A stretch of 64,000 bases of DNA from Ignavibacteriota bacterium (GTDB taxonomy: Bacteria; Bacteroidota; Ignavibacteria; Kapaibacteriales; UBA2268), in contig JACRLY010000062.1 in NCBI GenBank assembly GCA_016219595.1, positions 71,639 to 135,638 on the forward strand, in the 5' to 3' direction. Shown here one piece after another: positions 18,910-30,400 of this stretch; the first letter of the stretch is position 1; each line of letters begins with the position of its first letter. The position numbers and the translations under genes were made by a program. A model generated the notes under the pieces. That model was not told where the DNA came from. It was given only the letters and a program-made list of their open reading frames with translations, and searched no databases.

Positions 18910-21900
18910 CTACCTCAATCTCTTCAACCTGTTTTTCGCTGTTTTGCCAAAATCATCGTCCCCGCGCAAAGAAATAATTGATTGGTAAACTTCCGCAGCA
19001 CTGTCTGTGTTGCCAAGTTGTTCGTAACATTCACCAAGATTCAGGAGTGATTTGGTAAACCAGTCCTCCTGGCCGGTAAACCTGTCTCTCACAAGAGCAA
19101 ATGCTTCGGATGCCTTCTCATAATTCTTTCTGAGCATCCAAATCTCACCAATTCTGAATTGTGCCTCGGCGGCGAGCAATGGATTATCCATGTTTGTTGC
19201 AAGTATCTCAAATTCAGCAAGTGCAGAATCCATCTGGTTCTGCTGACGTAAATACATAGCTATCTGGTAACGGCTCTGGTCGCCATATTCCTGGCCCCTG
19301 AACTTCTCGGAAATGTCCCTGAATACTTTCATAGCTTTCACAGTATCTCCGATTGCAAGCCTTATCACTGCACGTTCAAATCCCGCCTGTCCGGCTGCAT
19401 CATGCTCAGGGAATAGTTCCTGCAGTTTCCTGAATATCGAATCTGCACCTACAACCTGGTTCATCTGTTTTTTCAATAAACCATGTTCCAGCATGCTTAA
19501 AGGTGCAAATTCACTTTTCGGGTATTTAGTCAGTATTTCATCAAATGCCTGTTCAGCTTTTTCATTGTCTGATTGATTGACATAACTTTTACCCATCCAA
19601 TACATTGCCTCTGCATTACGTTCGCTTTCGGGATGACTCTTAATGAAATTCTGGTACTCGCTTATCGCATCTGCATAATTTTTCCCCGTATAAAACATCT
19701 CTGCTTTTTTGAACCGGAATTCTTCTGCAAATGGAGATGTCGGATTAGTCTCGATGAAAGTATCTGCTAATTTCATGGCTTCTTCATTCCTGCCTAATGC
19801 CGTTAGGCAATATTGCATGCTTTTCATTGCTTCAGGTGCAAGTGGACTGCTTGGGTATGATTCGATTACAACTTTATATGATGCAATTGCCGATTCGAAA
19901 TTTCCCATATTATAATATGCATCTCCTATTGCATAATGTGTCCTGGGAACAAGCCCCGCCTGCGGGTATGCCTGGAGCAGATATTTGTAATTATCAATTG
20001 CTTCCCCGTATTTCTGTTGTTGAAAACGGATCCAGCCGTTTAGATAAAGTGCATAAGGAGCATAAGATGACGACGGGTATTTTCTTACAAATCCAATCAG
20101 GTTTGTAACCGCATCCTCCATTTCCCCCTGTCTGTATAGTGCATGACACATCTGGTATGCACAGTATTGCCCGTCTTCGGTATTGGGATAAAGGCTTGCA
20201 GCCTTCTGATATGTCGCAGCTGCCTGTTTAAAATTCTTTGTTATATAATATCCGTCACCCTGCCTTGACAATACTTCCAATCCGAATTTTGTTTCGGGAT
20301 ATTCCCTTATAAGTTTATCGAAAATTGAAGAGGATTTATCGAATCGTTTCAGCCTGAAATAAGACCAGCCCTGCCCGTATAATGCCTCTTCACGTCTTGC
20401 AGTGTTTGGATATTGTTCGAGTAAATTGTCATAAGTATCCGAAGCATTCCTAAGTAAATCTGACCTGTAATATGCCTCAGCCAGCCAGAAAGTAGCTTCA
20501 TCTATCCTATTGTCTTTTTTATTTTCGGCAATAAATGCATTCAATACAGGTATTGCGGCTGAATTCCTATGACTCTTGACAAGAGCTATACCTTCTTTCA
20601 ATCTCGACTCAGCTATGTACCAGTCACGGTTCGGCATAAATATAGGAGAACTTTTTAATGCAATCTGCCTGGCATCCCTGTATTCCAATGCCGCCTTGTC
20701 CCACATGTTAAGCTCGATATAAGTTGCTCCGAGCAACAGATGAATCCTGACTGAAGCAACTGCATCCCTCGATTCACGCTCCGCATGCTCCAATGTCTTT
20801 TGTGCAGATTCATAATCACCTTCCTCATAATATATCTGTCCTAATTCCAATAACACCTGTGCAAGGTAGGGATAATTCGGCAGTACCGAAAGTCCTAACA
20901 ATCCTTTTTTTGCCCCTACCGGGTCTCCGCTTCTTTTCAGTGCTACAAGCCGGTAAAGCATCGCAGTTGATTTTAAATTGTTATCTGTCTCTTCGTGGTC
21001 ATTCAGGATATCGTCATAATATTTTATTGCTTCGATGTTCCTTCCCTGGTTCAGCAAAGCCCAGCCGGCTCCGAGCCGTACATAATTTGTAAGACGGGAT
21101 TGTGCGAATGTTTCGAGAAAGCTTTTTGCAATTACGACAGCATCATCAAAATTACCCGACAGGTTGTCTGCCTCAACTCTCAGGTATTGAATATCTTCCG
21201 ATGCGAGTTCCGAAAAACTTTGTTCTTCATATAGTAAACCTATCGAATCCTTATCCCTGATATGAGATAATTTATTCTCAACATTTTCAATGATAACAAT
21301 TGAAGAAGACGGATTTCTCAAAATCAATTTGTTGTTTGCCTCACGAATACGTGATGCGACAAAAGTATTTGAGTAAGGATATTTCTTTGCAATAGTATTA
21401 TAATAATTTGATGCAATCTCATGCCTTCCGTTTGTTTCTGCAATCAAGCCTAACGAATAGAGTGCATCGTCAGCATAATCCTCATTTGGATATTTCTGGA
21501 AACATTCTGAATAAATCGGTTCGGCATCCTGGTATTTCCCTTGCTGAGATAAAGCTGTAGCATGCCAGTACAATGCTGAATGTGCATACCTGACATAGAC
21601 GCTGTCTTTCCTCAAAGCATATTCTTTCTCTGAGATTATTTTTGCCTCATCGAAAAGTTTCTCGGCTTTATAATAATTTTTATGGTCAAATGCAAAGTAA
21701 GCCCTTAACATTGCAGCTTGGGTTTTGAGAGGTGAATTTGAACGGTCGTTTATGAATTTTTCGAGTCTTGCGTCTGCCAGTATTGTATTATTTGTCATAT
21801 ATTCCGTATATGCATAAAGCAGTTCGGCATTATCTTTAACGGGAGATGAATTTCCCTGCCTGATAATCTCAATAATGGCAGTCTCTGATTTCCTGATTAA

Positions 21901-22038
21901 ACCGATGTCACTGAATTCTTTGCTTCTGGAATAAATTGATGATGAATAATCATAGAGTGGTTCCACCGTCTGCGGGATTAGTCCGTAAAACTGTACCAGC
22001 ATCACGGCAATGAATATGAACAATTTTTTTGTCATCAA
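18910..22038 (-). CDS. Large tetratricopeptide-repeat (TPR) protein, secreted/periplasmic
   Basis: 1042 aa. It has a signal peptide and many TPR-like units (A..Y..G..Y...G.Y..A...F..........P....A.Y..G). The stop is 1 nt from the start of the beta-barrel gene, so the two are probably an operon. Confidence 0.75.
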   Translation of the reverse strand: MMTKKLFIFIAVMLVQFYGLIPQTVEPLYDYSSSIYSRSKEFSDIGLIRKSETAIIEIIRQGNSSPVKDNAELLYAYTEYMTNNTILADARLEKFINDRSNSPLKTQAAMLRAYFAFDHKNYYKAEKLFDEAKIISEKEYALRKDSVYVRYAHSALYWHATALSQQGKYQDAEPIYSECFQKYPNEDYADDALYSLGLIAETNGRHEIASNYYNTIAKKYPYSNTFVASRIREANNKLILRNPSSSIVIIENVENKLSHIRDKDSIGLLYEEQSFSELASEDIQYLRVEADNLSGNFDDAVVIAKSFLETFAQSRLTNYVRLGAGWALLNQGRNIEAIKYYDDILNDHEETDNNLKSTAMLYRLVALKRSGDPVGAKKGLLGLSVLPNYPYLAQVLLELGQIYYEEGDYESAQKTLEHAERESRDAVASVRIHLLLGATYIELNMWDKAALEYRDARQIALKSSPIFMPNRDWYIAESRLKEGIALVKSHRNSAAIPVLNAFIAENKKDNRIDEATFWLAEAYYRSDLLRNASDTYDNLLEQYPNTARREEALYGQGWSYFRLKRFDKSSSIFDKLIREYPETKFGLEVLSRQGDGYYITKNFKQAAATYQKAASLYPNTEDGQYCAYQMCHALYRQGEMEDAVTNLIGFVRKYPSSSYAPYALYLNGWIRFQQQKYGEAIDNYKYLLQAYPQAGLVPRTHYAIGDAYYNMGNFESAIASYKVVIESYPSSPLAPEAMKSMQYCLTALGRNEEAMKLADTFIETNPTSPFAEEFRFKKAEMFYTGKNYADAISEYQNFIKSHPESERNAEAMYWMGKSYVNQSDNEKAEQAFDEILTKYPKSEFAPLSMLEHGLLKKQMNQVVGADSIFRKLQELFPEHDAAGQAGFERAVIRLAIGDTVKAMKVFRDISEKFRGQEYGDQSRYQIAMYLRQQNQMDSALAEFEILATNMDNPLLAAEAQFRIGEIWMLRKNYEKASEAFALVRDRFTGQEDWFTKSLLNLGECYEQLGNTDSAAEVYQSIISLRGDDDFGKTAKNRLKRLR

Positions 22039-22351
22039 TATATTTTTTTTTACTTATTAATTTTCAAATTATGCAAAAAGTATAACAGACACAATTATTG
22101 CATCCATATTCTTATTACAAATATATCAATACGTAAAAATATCCGTTCACTTTTATTAAATAAGTTCACGAAAGTTATTTTTATGCTGCCTTTAAAATTA
22201 CGAAAATCTTATTTTAAATGCTAAAAATATTTCAAATGTAAAAAGGTGATAGAAATTCTTGAATTTGAAAATATATCTTAATAGAAGTAATCAGTAATCA
22301 GTTTAGGAATAACCAACCAAATACTTACCTATTAATTGTCAAATTCTAAAC

Positions 22352-24247
22352 TTATTTTTTCCTCTTTTTCTGAGGTTTCTGCTGCTGCGGTTTCCCGTCT
22401 TTTCTCTGTTGTGAATCTGTATATTTGCTAGGTAGTGATTTCCCTCTCGATTCGGCTATATCCTGAGCTTCTCTCATCTTCTTCTGCAACCAGCCTTCTT
22501 TCTTGGGCATTTTCCTCAGGTCGGCAAGTGTAAGTCTTTTTCTCGAATATTTATTTATATAAACTTGCTGTGCAATACTGAAAAGATTAAACATGAAGTA
22601 ATAAAGGTTCAATCCCGACGGGAAATTTGAAAACATCAACGTAAACATAATCGGCATCATGTAAACAAGTGCTTTTTGTTTCGGGTCGGTAACTGTCATC
22701 TTCTGCTGGATAAACATTGTTACACCCATTGCCAAAGCCAACCCCGACAAATGTTTGATTCCGAGAAATACAAATGGCAATGTATATACCGTATCAGGAA
22801 GCGATAAATCGTTAATCCAAAATAAAAAAGGTGCCTGTCGTAATTCAATGGCAACCCTCAAAACTGCCCATAGTGCATAAAGCACAGGCATCTGCAATAG
22901 CAATGGCAAGCATCCGCCCATCGGATTGATGCCATACTCAGAATACATTTTCATTGTTTCTTTTTGCTGTGCAGAATTGTCGTCAGGGTATTTTTCCCTT
23001 ATTTTCTGCATCTCAGGCTGAAGCAATTTCATTTTCGATGCAGAACGCAATTGCTGGATTGAAAGAGGATGGAGCAAAATCTTCATCAGCAATGAAAATA
23101 AAATCAAGGCAATCCCGAAATTTCCCACAATACCGTAAATAAACCTGAAAATCGGAAGCATGAAATATTGACCAATCGGTCTCACTAAAAATCTCCATCC
23201 GAAATTCATCATCTCGAGCAATCCGTACTCATTCAGCCTGTCATATTCGAGAGGACCTATGTATATCCTGAATGATTGTGTCTTCTGAGGCTCCTTGTAG
23301 GGAATTCTTAATGATACATTATACTTTTCAACCGTACCTGAATTTTTTGCATTGTACATAGTACCCACCATATCGACAGTTCCTTCGAACGTTGATTCAG
23401 GGTACGGGATAATAGCTGCGCCAAAGTACTTAGTTTTGACTGCAACGTAATCGACATTCCCATGCGGACTCGATATAACAGGTTCGGCACCGCTGGCATC
23501 TATTTCCTCTATACCGTCATTGATAGAAGCCATGGCAAGTGCTTCACCGGATTCGTCAACACTGTTCTTTTCCTGGTATCTTAACCCGTCAGACCAAACA
23601 AAATTAAATCCCCTGTTTGGTATTATCCAATCCATATTATTAAGAGAAACATCCACATCGAACTGGTATTTGTTGCCGTAGAACCTGAATTTTTTAACAA
23701 TCGATGTATCTCTTCCCATATCAATGCGGGCTGTGAGTGTTAGTATTTGCTCACCATGCAACCTGTAATATCCGCTTGTATTGTTTAAAGTAAAAAACAA
23801 ATCCCTCGTGTCTATCTTTTTATTCTCTTTGGAAAGAAATGTCATATAAAGTTCACCCCCGCGGTTCCATATTAATTGCGAAGGTTTACCATCCCATGTC
23901 TTGTAATTTTTAAGTGTCAAACCCTTTATTGTAGCGCCCTTTTTGCTGAACACGACTTTCACAAGGTCATTTTCGATAGTTATGAGTTCATTATTTCCCT
24001 TGCTGAAAGGTTCAAATACTCCAAATTGTTCTTTTCCTCTTAATGAGTCCGAAACCAATGATGATTCTTGAATAACAGTATCAACCGATTTAGGTTCTTC
24101 AGCCTCTTTTTGAGTGAATGTTGTACTTTCTTTACTTTTCTCTGAGTCTTTCAGAGGAGGAGGCTGCTGATTGACCGAACTAAAAATAAGCCAGATGGTC
24201 ACTACAACCATAATTAGAGCAAAACCGAGAATACTTCTTTTATCCAT
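22352..24247 (-). CDS. yidC: Membrane protein insertase YidC
   Basis: 631 aa. It has an N-terminal TM segment, a large periplasmic domain, and a C-terminal 5-TM core with conserved YidC/Oxa1 patterns (PLLLQMPVLYALW...). The C-terminal tail is Lys/Gln-rich. Confidence 0.88.
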   Translation of the reverse strand: MDKRSILGFALIMVVVTIWLIFSSVNQQPPPLKDSEKSKESTTFTQKEAEEPKSVDTVIQESSLVSDSLRGKEQFGVFEPFSKGNNELITIENDLVKVVFSKKGATIKGLTLKNYKTWDGKPSQLIWNRGGELYMTFLSKENKKIDTRDLFFTLNNTSGYYRLHGEQILTLTARIDMGRDTSIVKKFRFYGNKYQFDVDVSLNNMDWIIPNRGFNFVWSDGLRYQEKNSVDESGEALAMASINDGIEEIDASGAEPVISSPHGNVDYVAVKTKYFGAAIIPYPESTFEGTVDMVGTMYNAKNSGTVEKYNVSLRIPYKEPQKTQSFRIYIGPLEYDRLNEYGLLEMMNFGWRFLVRPIGQYFMLPIFRFIYGIVGNFGIALILFSLLMKILLHPLSIQQLRSASKMKLLQPEMQKIREKYPDDNSAQQKETMKMYSEYGINPMGGCLPLLLQMPVLYALWAVLRVAIELRQAPFLFWINDLSLPDTVYTLPFVFLGIKHLSGLALAMGVTMFIQQKMTVTDPKQKALVYMMPIMFTLMFSNFPSGLNLYYFMFNLFSIAQQVYINKYSRKRLTLADLRKMPKKEGWLQKKMREAQDIAESRGKSLPSKYTDSQQRKDGKPQQQKPQKKRKK

Positions 24248-24258
24248 TTTTATTCCGA

Positions 24259-24507
24259 TTAATCCTTCAATAAATGAAAATGTTTATGGTTAATATGTTC
24301 CGGTACCGGGTCATAACCCCCCGGATGGAATGGTTGGCATTTAGAAATTCTTTTAATTCCAAGCCAGCTTCCGCGAACAGCACCGTGCTTTTGAATAGCT
24401 TCGGAAGTATAATCGGAACATGACGGATAGAACCTGCAGGATGAAGGAAAGAAAGGGGATATTATCGCCTTGTATATTTTAATTATAAATATGAATATAT
24501 ATTTCAA
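24259..24507 (-). CDS. yidD: Membrane protein insertion efficiency factor YidD
   Basis: 82 aa with the [27 protein letters not shown]...GGYDPVP signature. Confidence 0.88.
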   Translation of the reverse strand: MKYIFIFIIKIYKAIISPFFPSSCRFYPSCSDYTSEAIQKHGAVRGSWLGIKRISKCQPFHPGGYDPVPEHINHKHFHLLKD

Positions 24508-24914
24508 TTCCTGTTTCCTTCTGCCATTTTTATATAAGCTTTGAAAGCAATCTCCAAAAGTGATTTTACTTTTGGTAAAACGTCCTTTAAGTGAATAAGT
24601 TTCGGATGTTCAGGTGCTGTGTTCCAGCCAATCACAATATACTCAAAAGAGTTGTTAAAATTCACATCATCAGTTTCGAGGAAAATTTTCCTCAGGCTTT
24701 CCCTCAGCAACCTTTTAATCCTGTTTCTAATTACCGCTTTCTTTGCAACTTTTTTCCTGGCTATTACCGCATAATTTATTACAGGATTATCATTCACTTT
24801 CTGCCTGAAACAAATAACTGCTGAAGCTTCCGCATAATAAAATCTTTGACCATTTGCAAAGATTCGGTCAAATGTCTTTTTGCCTTTTACCGGCTGTAAC
24901 TTCGGATTTATCAT
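24504..24914 (-). CDS. rnpA: Ribonuclease P protein component RnpA
   Basis: 136 aa, basic, with an RNR-like motif ([15 protein letters not shown]). The position between rpmH and yidD is the canonical one. Confidence 0.85.
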   Translation of the reverse strand: MINPKLQPVKGKKTFDRIFANGQRFYYAEASAVICFRQKVNDNPVINYAVIARKKVAKKAVIRNRIKRLLRESLRKIFLETDDVNFNNSFEYIVIGWNTAPEHPKLIHLKDVLPKVKSLLEIAFKAYIKMAEGNRN

Positions 24915-24985
24915 AGTAATAACCGGCAGAATTTTGAACTATTCTGTTTAATCAGTCATAAGGCTGTTCAAGGCAAAAAACAAAA

Positions 24986-25141
24986 TTATGCCTTCTTGCC
25001 TTCATCGCTGACTGTAAGTTTATGTCTGCCTTTTGCCCTGCGGCTTGCCAGAACCTTACGTCCGTTTTTTGTTGCCATCCTTGCCATGAAGCCATGAGCG
25101 TTCAATCTTTTTCTTCTGCTTGGCTGAAATGTCCTTTTCAT
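24986..25141 (-). CDS. rpmH: 50S ribosomal protein L34
   Basis: This short ORF is absent from the supplied track and was translated by hand: [51 protein letters not shown] (51 aa, TAA stop). The L34 signature MKRTFQPS...RRAKGR is present. Confidence 0.9.
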   Translation of the reverse strand: MKRTFQPSRRKRLNAHGFMARMATKNGRKVLASRRAKGRHKLTVSDEGKKA

Positions 25142-25374
25142 CTTTAATCAACCTGATTTATTATTATATTATTTAAAAATTTTATCTTCTTATTTAATTC
25201 AAATTTAAGGGAACTACAAAATTAATTATTTTTCCTGAGATAGAATAATTTTTTTATACCCTTGTACTGTATTATCTATTTTTACACAATGAATGTAATT
25301 AATGAATGCGATAATTATATGAAATGAATATATTTAGCGATATAATAGCTTATATTATACTGGAATATGACTGA

Positions 25375-26028
25375 TTATTTTATTCCCGCTGCCCTGTTGA
25401 ATTGTGTTATAGCATATTCTCTTAATTGTGGAGGTGCCTTGTCAAACGAAGCATCAATTTTTCTCTCTCCTGCAATACTCAATCCCGGCACATCTACATT
25501 TGTTAAGCCCCGGATTGCATACTTAGAACCGTTTTCAAACATTAGAAGAATAATATCATCAGGAGAAACATCGCTTACACAATTTTTTTTATAAATAACA
25601 GTTACCTCTCCGTGATTGTTTTTATCTATATCAGTAACGGTAAAGTAATCGGCAAGGAATTCATGTACAAGGTCAAACTCACAATCTTTAACGAAGTCTG
25701 TAAATTCTCTGACAAGTTTGTATTCAGATTTATTATAGTTAGCAAAATGGTATCCGTGCCAGTATTTTGTACGGAAGTACATATCATTCAAAGAGTCAAA
25801 TTTTTCAGTAGCATTTTCTTCGGTGAGCAGGAAATAATTATCTCCGTTCTTATCCGACCAGTGCAAACCCTTAACCACAGCGCCTTTATACACAAGAGAT
25901 GAAGGAAATGATGATTTCTTGAATTCAAGTATTTTGAATGAAGGTTCGGTTGCAATCTTGTCCTGCTGTTTTGAGCAGGAAGTGAGAAGAAAACACCCAG
26001 CGCAAAAAATAAATAATATTAATCTCAT
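25375..26028 (-). CDS. Hypothetical lipoprotein
   Basis: 217 aa with a signal peptide and lipobox (FLLTSCSKQ). No recognisable domain. Confidence 0.5.
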   Translation of the reverse strand: MRLILFIFCAGCFLLTSCSKQQDKIATEPSFKILEFKKSSFPSSLVYKGAVVKGLHWSDKNGDNYFLLTEENATEKFDSLNDMYFRTKYWHGYHFANYNKSEYKLVREFTDFVKDCEFDLVHEFLADYFTVTDIDKNNHGEVTVIYKKNCVSDVSPDDIILLMFENGSKYAIRGLTNVDVPGLSIAGERKIDASFDKAPPQLREYAITQFNRAAGIK

Positions 26029-26090
26029 TTTGTACCTTGATATTTTATTTTGGAAATAGAAAATGATTAATTATTATATTCAAACATAAT

Positions 26091-26429
26091 TTGATTAATT
26101 TTGAAAAAAAAATACGAAATGAAAATATGAAAAATAAATCAAATATTGACATTGAAATACTAAAACAATTTTGTCAAAAGTATCATATCAGGAAGTTGTC
26201 TGTATTCGGTTCTTATCTAACTGATAAATATGATGAATCAAAAAGTGATATAGATTTGCTTGCTGAATTTGATAAAGAGCACATTCCCGATTTGTTTTCA
26301 TTCAGCGGAATGGAATTGGAATTATCGGAAAAATTGGGACATAAAATTGATTTAAGGACAGCCGGAGACCTAAGCAGGTTCTTCCGTGATGATGTTATTA
26401 AAAGAGCTAAGGTATTATATGAGGGCTGA
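26091..26429 (+). CDS. Minimal nucleotidyltransferase (MntA/Pol-beta superfamily, antitoxin-like)
   Basis: 112 aa. VFGSYLTDKYDESKSDIDLLAEF is the GS...D-x-D NTase motif. The likely start is MKNKSN, around 26127. Confidence 0.65.
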   Translation: MINFEKKIRNENMKNKSNIDIEILKQFCQKYHIRKLSVFGSYLTDKYDESKSDIDLLAEFDKEHIPDLFSFSGMELELSEKLGHKIDLRTAGDLSRFFRDDVIKRAKVLYEG

Positions 26430-26597
26430 AGAAAATAGTAAAAAAAAGTAAAAGTAAGAATTTCATATCCAAATAGCATTCAAAGAAATTACCTTCATCC
26501 CTTTATAAACCAATTATTGTTGAAAAATATATTAAATTCGATAGAGAGGAAATATATTATAATTGATGAGCGGCAAGGTGAGTGTGAAAGGTAATTA

Positions 26598-27239
26598 ATG
26601 CCATATATATTTTTAGATGAGAGCGGAGATTTGGGATTTGATTTTTCTAAGAAAAAAACTTCAAAGAATTTCGTTATAACTTTCTTGTTTTTGAAGTCGA
26701 AAAGTTCTGTTGAAAGTATTGTTAAAAAGATATTCAGGTCATTCAACAAAAAAGAATTAAAGCGTCATTCCGGAGTTTTACATGCTTTTAAAGAAACATC
26801 TGCAACAAGGAAGAAACTTCTATCAATGCTAGGTGAAAAAGATGTTTCAATTATTTCGATTTATTTGAATAAAAGGAAGGTTTATACGAAAATGAAGGAT
26901 GAAAAGCATGTTCTTTACAACTATTTTGCGAATATTCTGCTTGACAGAGTTTTTACAAAAAAATTAATACCCATTAATCAACCGATTCATTTAATTGCTT
27001 CCAGGAGAGAAACAAATAAATTTTTAAATCAGAATTTTAAGAATTATCTTGAATCTAAATTCGATAGTAAACACAGAGTGAAGTTGATTATTGAAATTAA
27101 AAATCCAAGTGAAGAAAAATGTTTACAGACAGTAGATTTCGTCTGTTGGGCTATTTTCAGGCAAAGAGAACATAATGACGATACTTATTATAACATTATT
27201 AAGTCAAAGATTGTTGAAGAAAGCGGATTATTTCCATAA
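26598..27239 (+). CDS. DUF3800-like protein
   Basis: 213 aa. The N-terminal MPYIFLDESGDLGF matches the conserved (Y/F)IDESG start of the DUF3800 family, as recalled from memory. It is on the same strand as, and 168 bp downstream of, the NTase gene. Confidence 0.5.
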   Translation: MPYIFLDESGDLGFDFSKKKTSKNFVITFLFLKSKSSVESIVKKIFRSFNKKELKRHSGVLHAFKETSATRKKLLSMLGEKDVSIISIYLNKRKVYTKMKDEKHVLYNYFANILLDRVFTKKLIPINQPIHLIASRRETNKFLNQNFKNYLESKFDSKHRVKLIIEIKNPSEEKCLQTVDFVCWAIFRQREHNDDTYYNIIKSKIVEESGLFP

Positions 27240-27423
27240 AATGACAAAACCTTGCAAGCTATTTCGAGGAACACTACGGAGCCCCACTTGCAAGGATTTA
27301 CTTGTTTTTTACAAATTTAATATATTAGACTAATAAAAACAATAAAAATTATAAAAATAATTTGATGATCGAAGACCAATTAGAACAATTTGCTCAATAC
27401 ATGAAAAGAAATCCAAATTACAT

Positions 27424-27449
27424 AAAAAAAAGCTGCCCACCGGACAGCC
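27424..27449 (-). terminator. Rho-independent terminator downstream of the nuo operon
   Basis: The minus strand reads GCTGTCCGGTGGGCAGC followed by TTTTTTTT, immediately after the nuoN stop. Confidence 0.7.
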
Positions 27450-27472
27450 TTCTCATTATCAATTATTAATTC

Positions 27473-30400
27473 TCAATTTCCTAAAAATATTCCCACCGAT
27501 TTGTTTGCCCAATATAATATTGGTTCGTACCAGATTCCGAGTACAAGTGTTGGGATTACCAAAAGCAGAAGCATTACGACGCTCATAGGTGAAAATGAAA
27601 GTGGTTCATGTTCTTTGTCGAGTCCGCGGAGGAACATGTTTCTCACGACTTTGACATAATAGAACAATGACACAACAGAGTTCAGCACACCGACTACAGC
27701 CAGCCATATATAATTTGCATTGATGACTGCAATAAAGAGATACCATTTACCGATGAATCCCGCTGTAGGAGGTAATCCCGTTAGTGAAATCAGGAATATA
27801 ACCATGCACACTGCAAGAACAGGCGACCTGTAACCGATTCCTGTGTAATCATCGAGTTCTTCACTTCCGATTTTATTCGCGAAGAGCATTACAACATAGA
27901 AAGCACCGAGGTTCATAAACATATAAACCACGAAGTAAATCAGTATGGAAGCTACCCCGGCATCAGTCATCACAACTACACCCATAAGCATATACCCTGC
28001 ATGAGCGATGCTTGAATAAGCAAGCAGACGCTTCAGGTTAGTCTGCCAAACTGCAACAAGATTACCGAATGTCATAGTCAGAACAGACAGAATTGCAATA
28101 ATAAATTTCCAGTCAATGGTGCTGAGCAGTTTCCATGTATCAGCGGCAACAGGGCTCGTATGGTCGAAGAATGCAACTTTAAGAAATCTTATTAGTATTG
28201 CGAAACCCGCCGCTTTGGATGCAACCGAAAGCAGTGCAGTGATTGTTACCGGTGCACCTTCGTAAACATCAGGTGTCCAAAAATGGAAAGGAACTGCTGA
28301 AATTTTATATCCGATTCCTGCAATTATCATTATTCCAGAAATCAGTAGTGGAAACATTTCTGCTTTGCCATGTGCGATTGCATAGTTTATATCATATAAA
28401 TTTAAAGAGCCTGTCAATCCGAATAAAATCGAAATTCCGTACAGCATAATTCCTGAAGACACTGCTCCGAAAATCACATACTTCAGCGATGCTTCGCTTG
28501 ACCTTTTTATTTCTTTTGTATATCCGGCGAGTATGTATGAACTAATTGACATTGTCTCGATTGATAAGTAAATCATAATCAGGTTCGAGGCGCCCGAAAG
28601 TAAAAACATACCGAATGTCATGCCTGCAATCAGCGAAAAATATTCTCCGAGCCGTCTGTCTTTTTCATAAAGTTCTTTTGAAAAGAAAGACATCAGTACA
28701 ACGATGAAGCTCGATATGAGAATTACCCATTTGAAGAATTTCGCAAAAGGGTCAACAGCGAGCATCTTCGAAAATACGACGCTGTTCTGGTTTCCTGCAG
28801 TACAAAGAAATATTCCGGTTACGATAAATCCAATTAGTAAAATAATACCGGATATGTTTTTCGATTTTCTGAAAATTAAGTCAACTATCAGAGCAACCAG
28901 GAAAGTTGCAACCAGAGCCGTTTCCGGCTCAAGCATTGCATTCGGCTGAATGCCGAGATAAATAACAATCAATGCTAGAGGTGTCAAAGCAACTAATTCG
29001 ACTGCATTCAAATCATCGGTTTTGTATTTCTTGTGCGTTGGGTCCCAGGGTCCTGCCCATTTTTCGGGAACCTGTCCGAAGAAAACTTTTTGCAAAGTCC
29101 ACAGCATATATCCGGCTCCCAATACGATACCGGTTGCAGCAATCATTGTTAAAGTCGGATTATATTGGAATGCTCCGAGGAAAACAAGAATTTCACTGAC
29201 AAATCCGCTCAATCCCGGCAATCCGATAGCTGCCATGAATGATATTGTCATTAGTCCTGTGTATATCGGCATCTTGTTTGCCATTCCGCCGAAGTCATCT
29301 AATCCTCTTGTATGGCTTCTGTCGTAGAGAACTCCTACAACCATGAAGAGCATAGCAGTGATTGTACCATGGTTGAACATCTGGAGAATTGCTCCTTCCA
29401 TACCGGATGTATTCAATGCCGCCATTCCGAGTACAACAAATCCCATGTGGCTGACTGATGAATAGGCAATCAGCTTTTTGAAATCACGCTTACCTACCCT
29501 GTGCTGTCCCAGGGCACACAAGGCACCATATACAATACTGACTACACCCACCAATGCAATAAACCACTGGAAATATTTGACAGCATCCGGGAACATGGGC
29601 CAGCTTATTCTCATCATTCCGTAAGTACCCATTTTCAGAAGGACTCCAGCAAGAATCACGCTGATTGGTGTCGGTGCTTCCACATGTGCGTCTGGAAGCC
29701 ATGTATGGAATGGTACAGAGGGCACTTTGATTGCAAATCCCACGAATAGAGCCATGAACGCTATATACCGCCAGGTAGTATCAACTCCGAACAAGATTGA
29801 ATTTGGGTTGTATTTTGACGGGTCCATCATGTCGAGCATATTGAATGAACCGACTGCAAAGAATAATGCAATCATAACGAGAAGCATGAATACGCTTCCG
29901 AACAATGTATATAAGAAAAACTTTATAGCTGCATATTCTTTTCTCGGACCACCCCAGATACCAATCAGGAAGTACATAGGCAGTAGCATCAATTCCCAGA
30001 AAACATAGAAGAGGAAGAAATCGAGTGCCACAAAAACACCCATCATTCCTGCATCCAACAGGAGATACATTGCGAAATAACCCTTCAATGCTTTTGAAAC
30101 GCTGAACGATGAAAATGATGCCACAAAGCAAACGATAGCAGTAAGCAATACCATTGGGGCACTGATTCCGTCAATTCCGACGTAATAATCAATCCTGACA
30201 TTGCCAAGCAAAGGCAATCCGTAAAGATAAATCCATTTGAATTTATCTACGAATTGGAAACCGGACGGGTCATTAATACCCGCTTTGTGATAATTATAAT
30301 TAATATAAATCAGTATGGCTATTACCAACTGTAAAAATGTAAATATTATGGTCACCCATCTGAAAAGCAGTTTCGAAACTTCTTTACTACGTTCATCCTT

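Noticed and set aside
28243-30131. Multiple 65-116-aa plus-strand ORFs inside nuoMN
   Set aside because: They are antisense to a strongly supported membrane-protein gene. No motifs are present. They are spurious.
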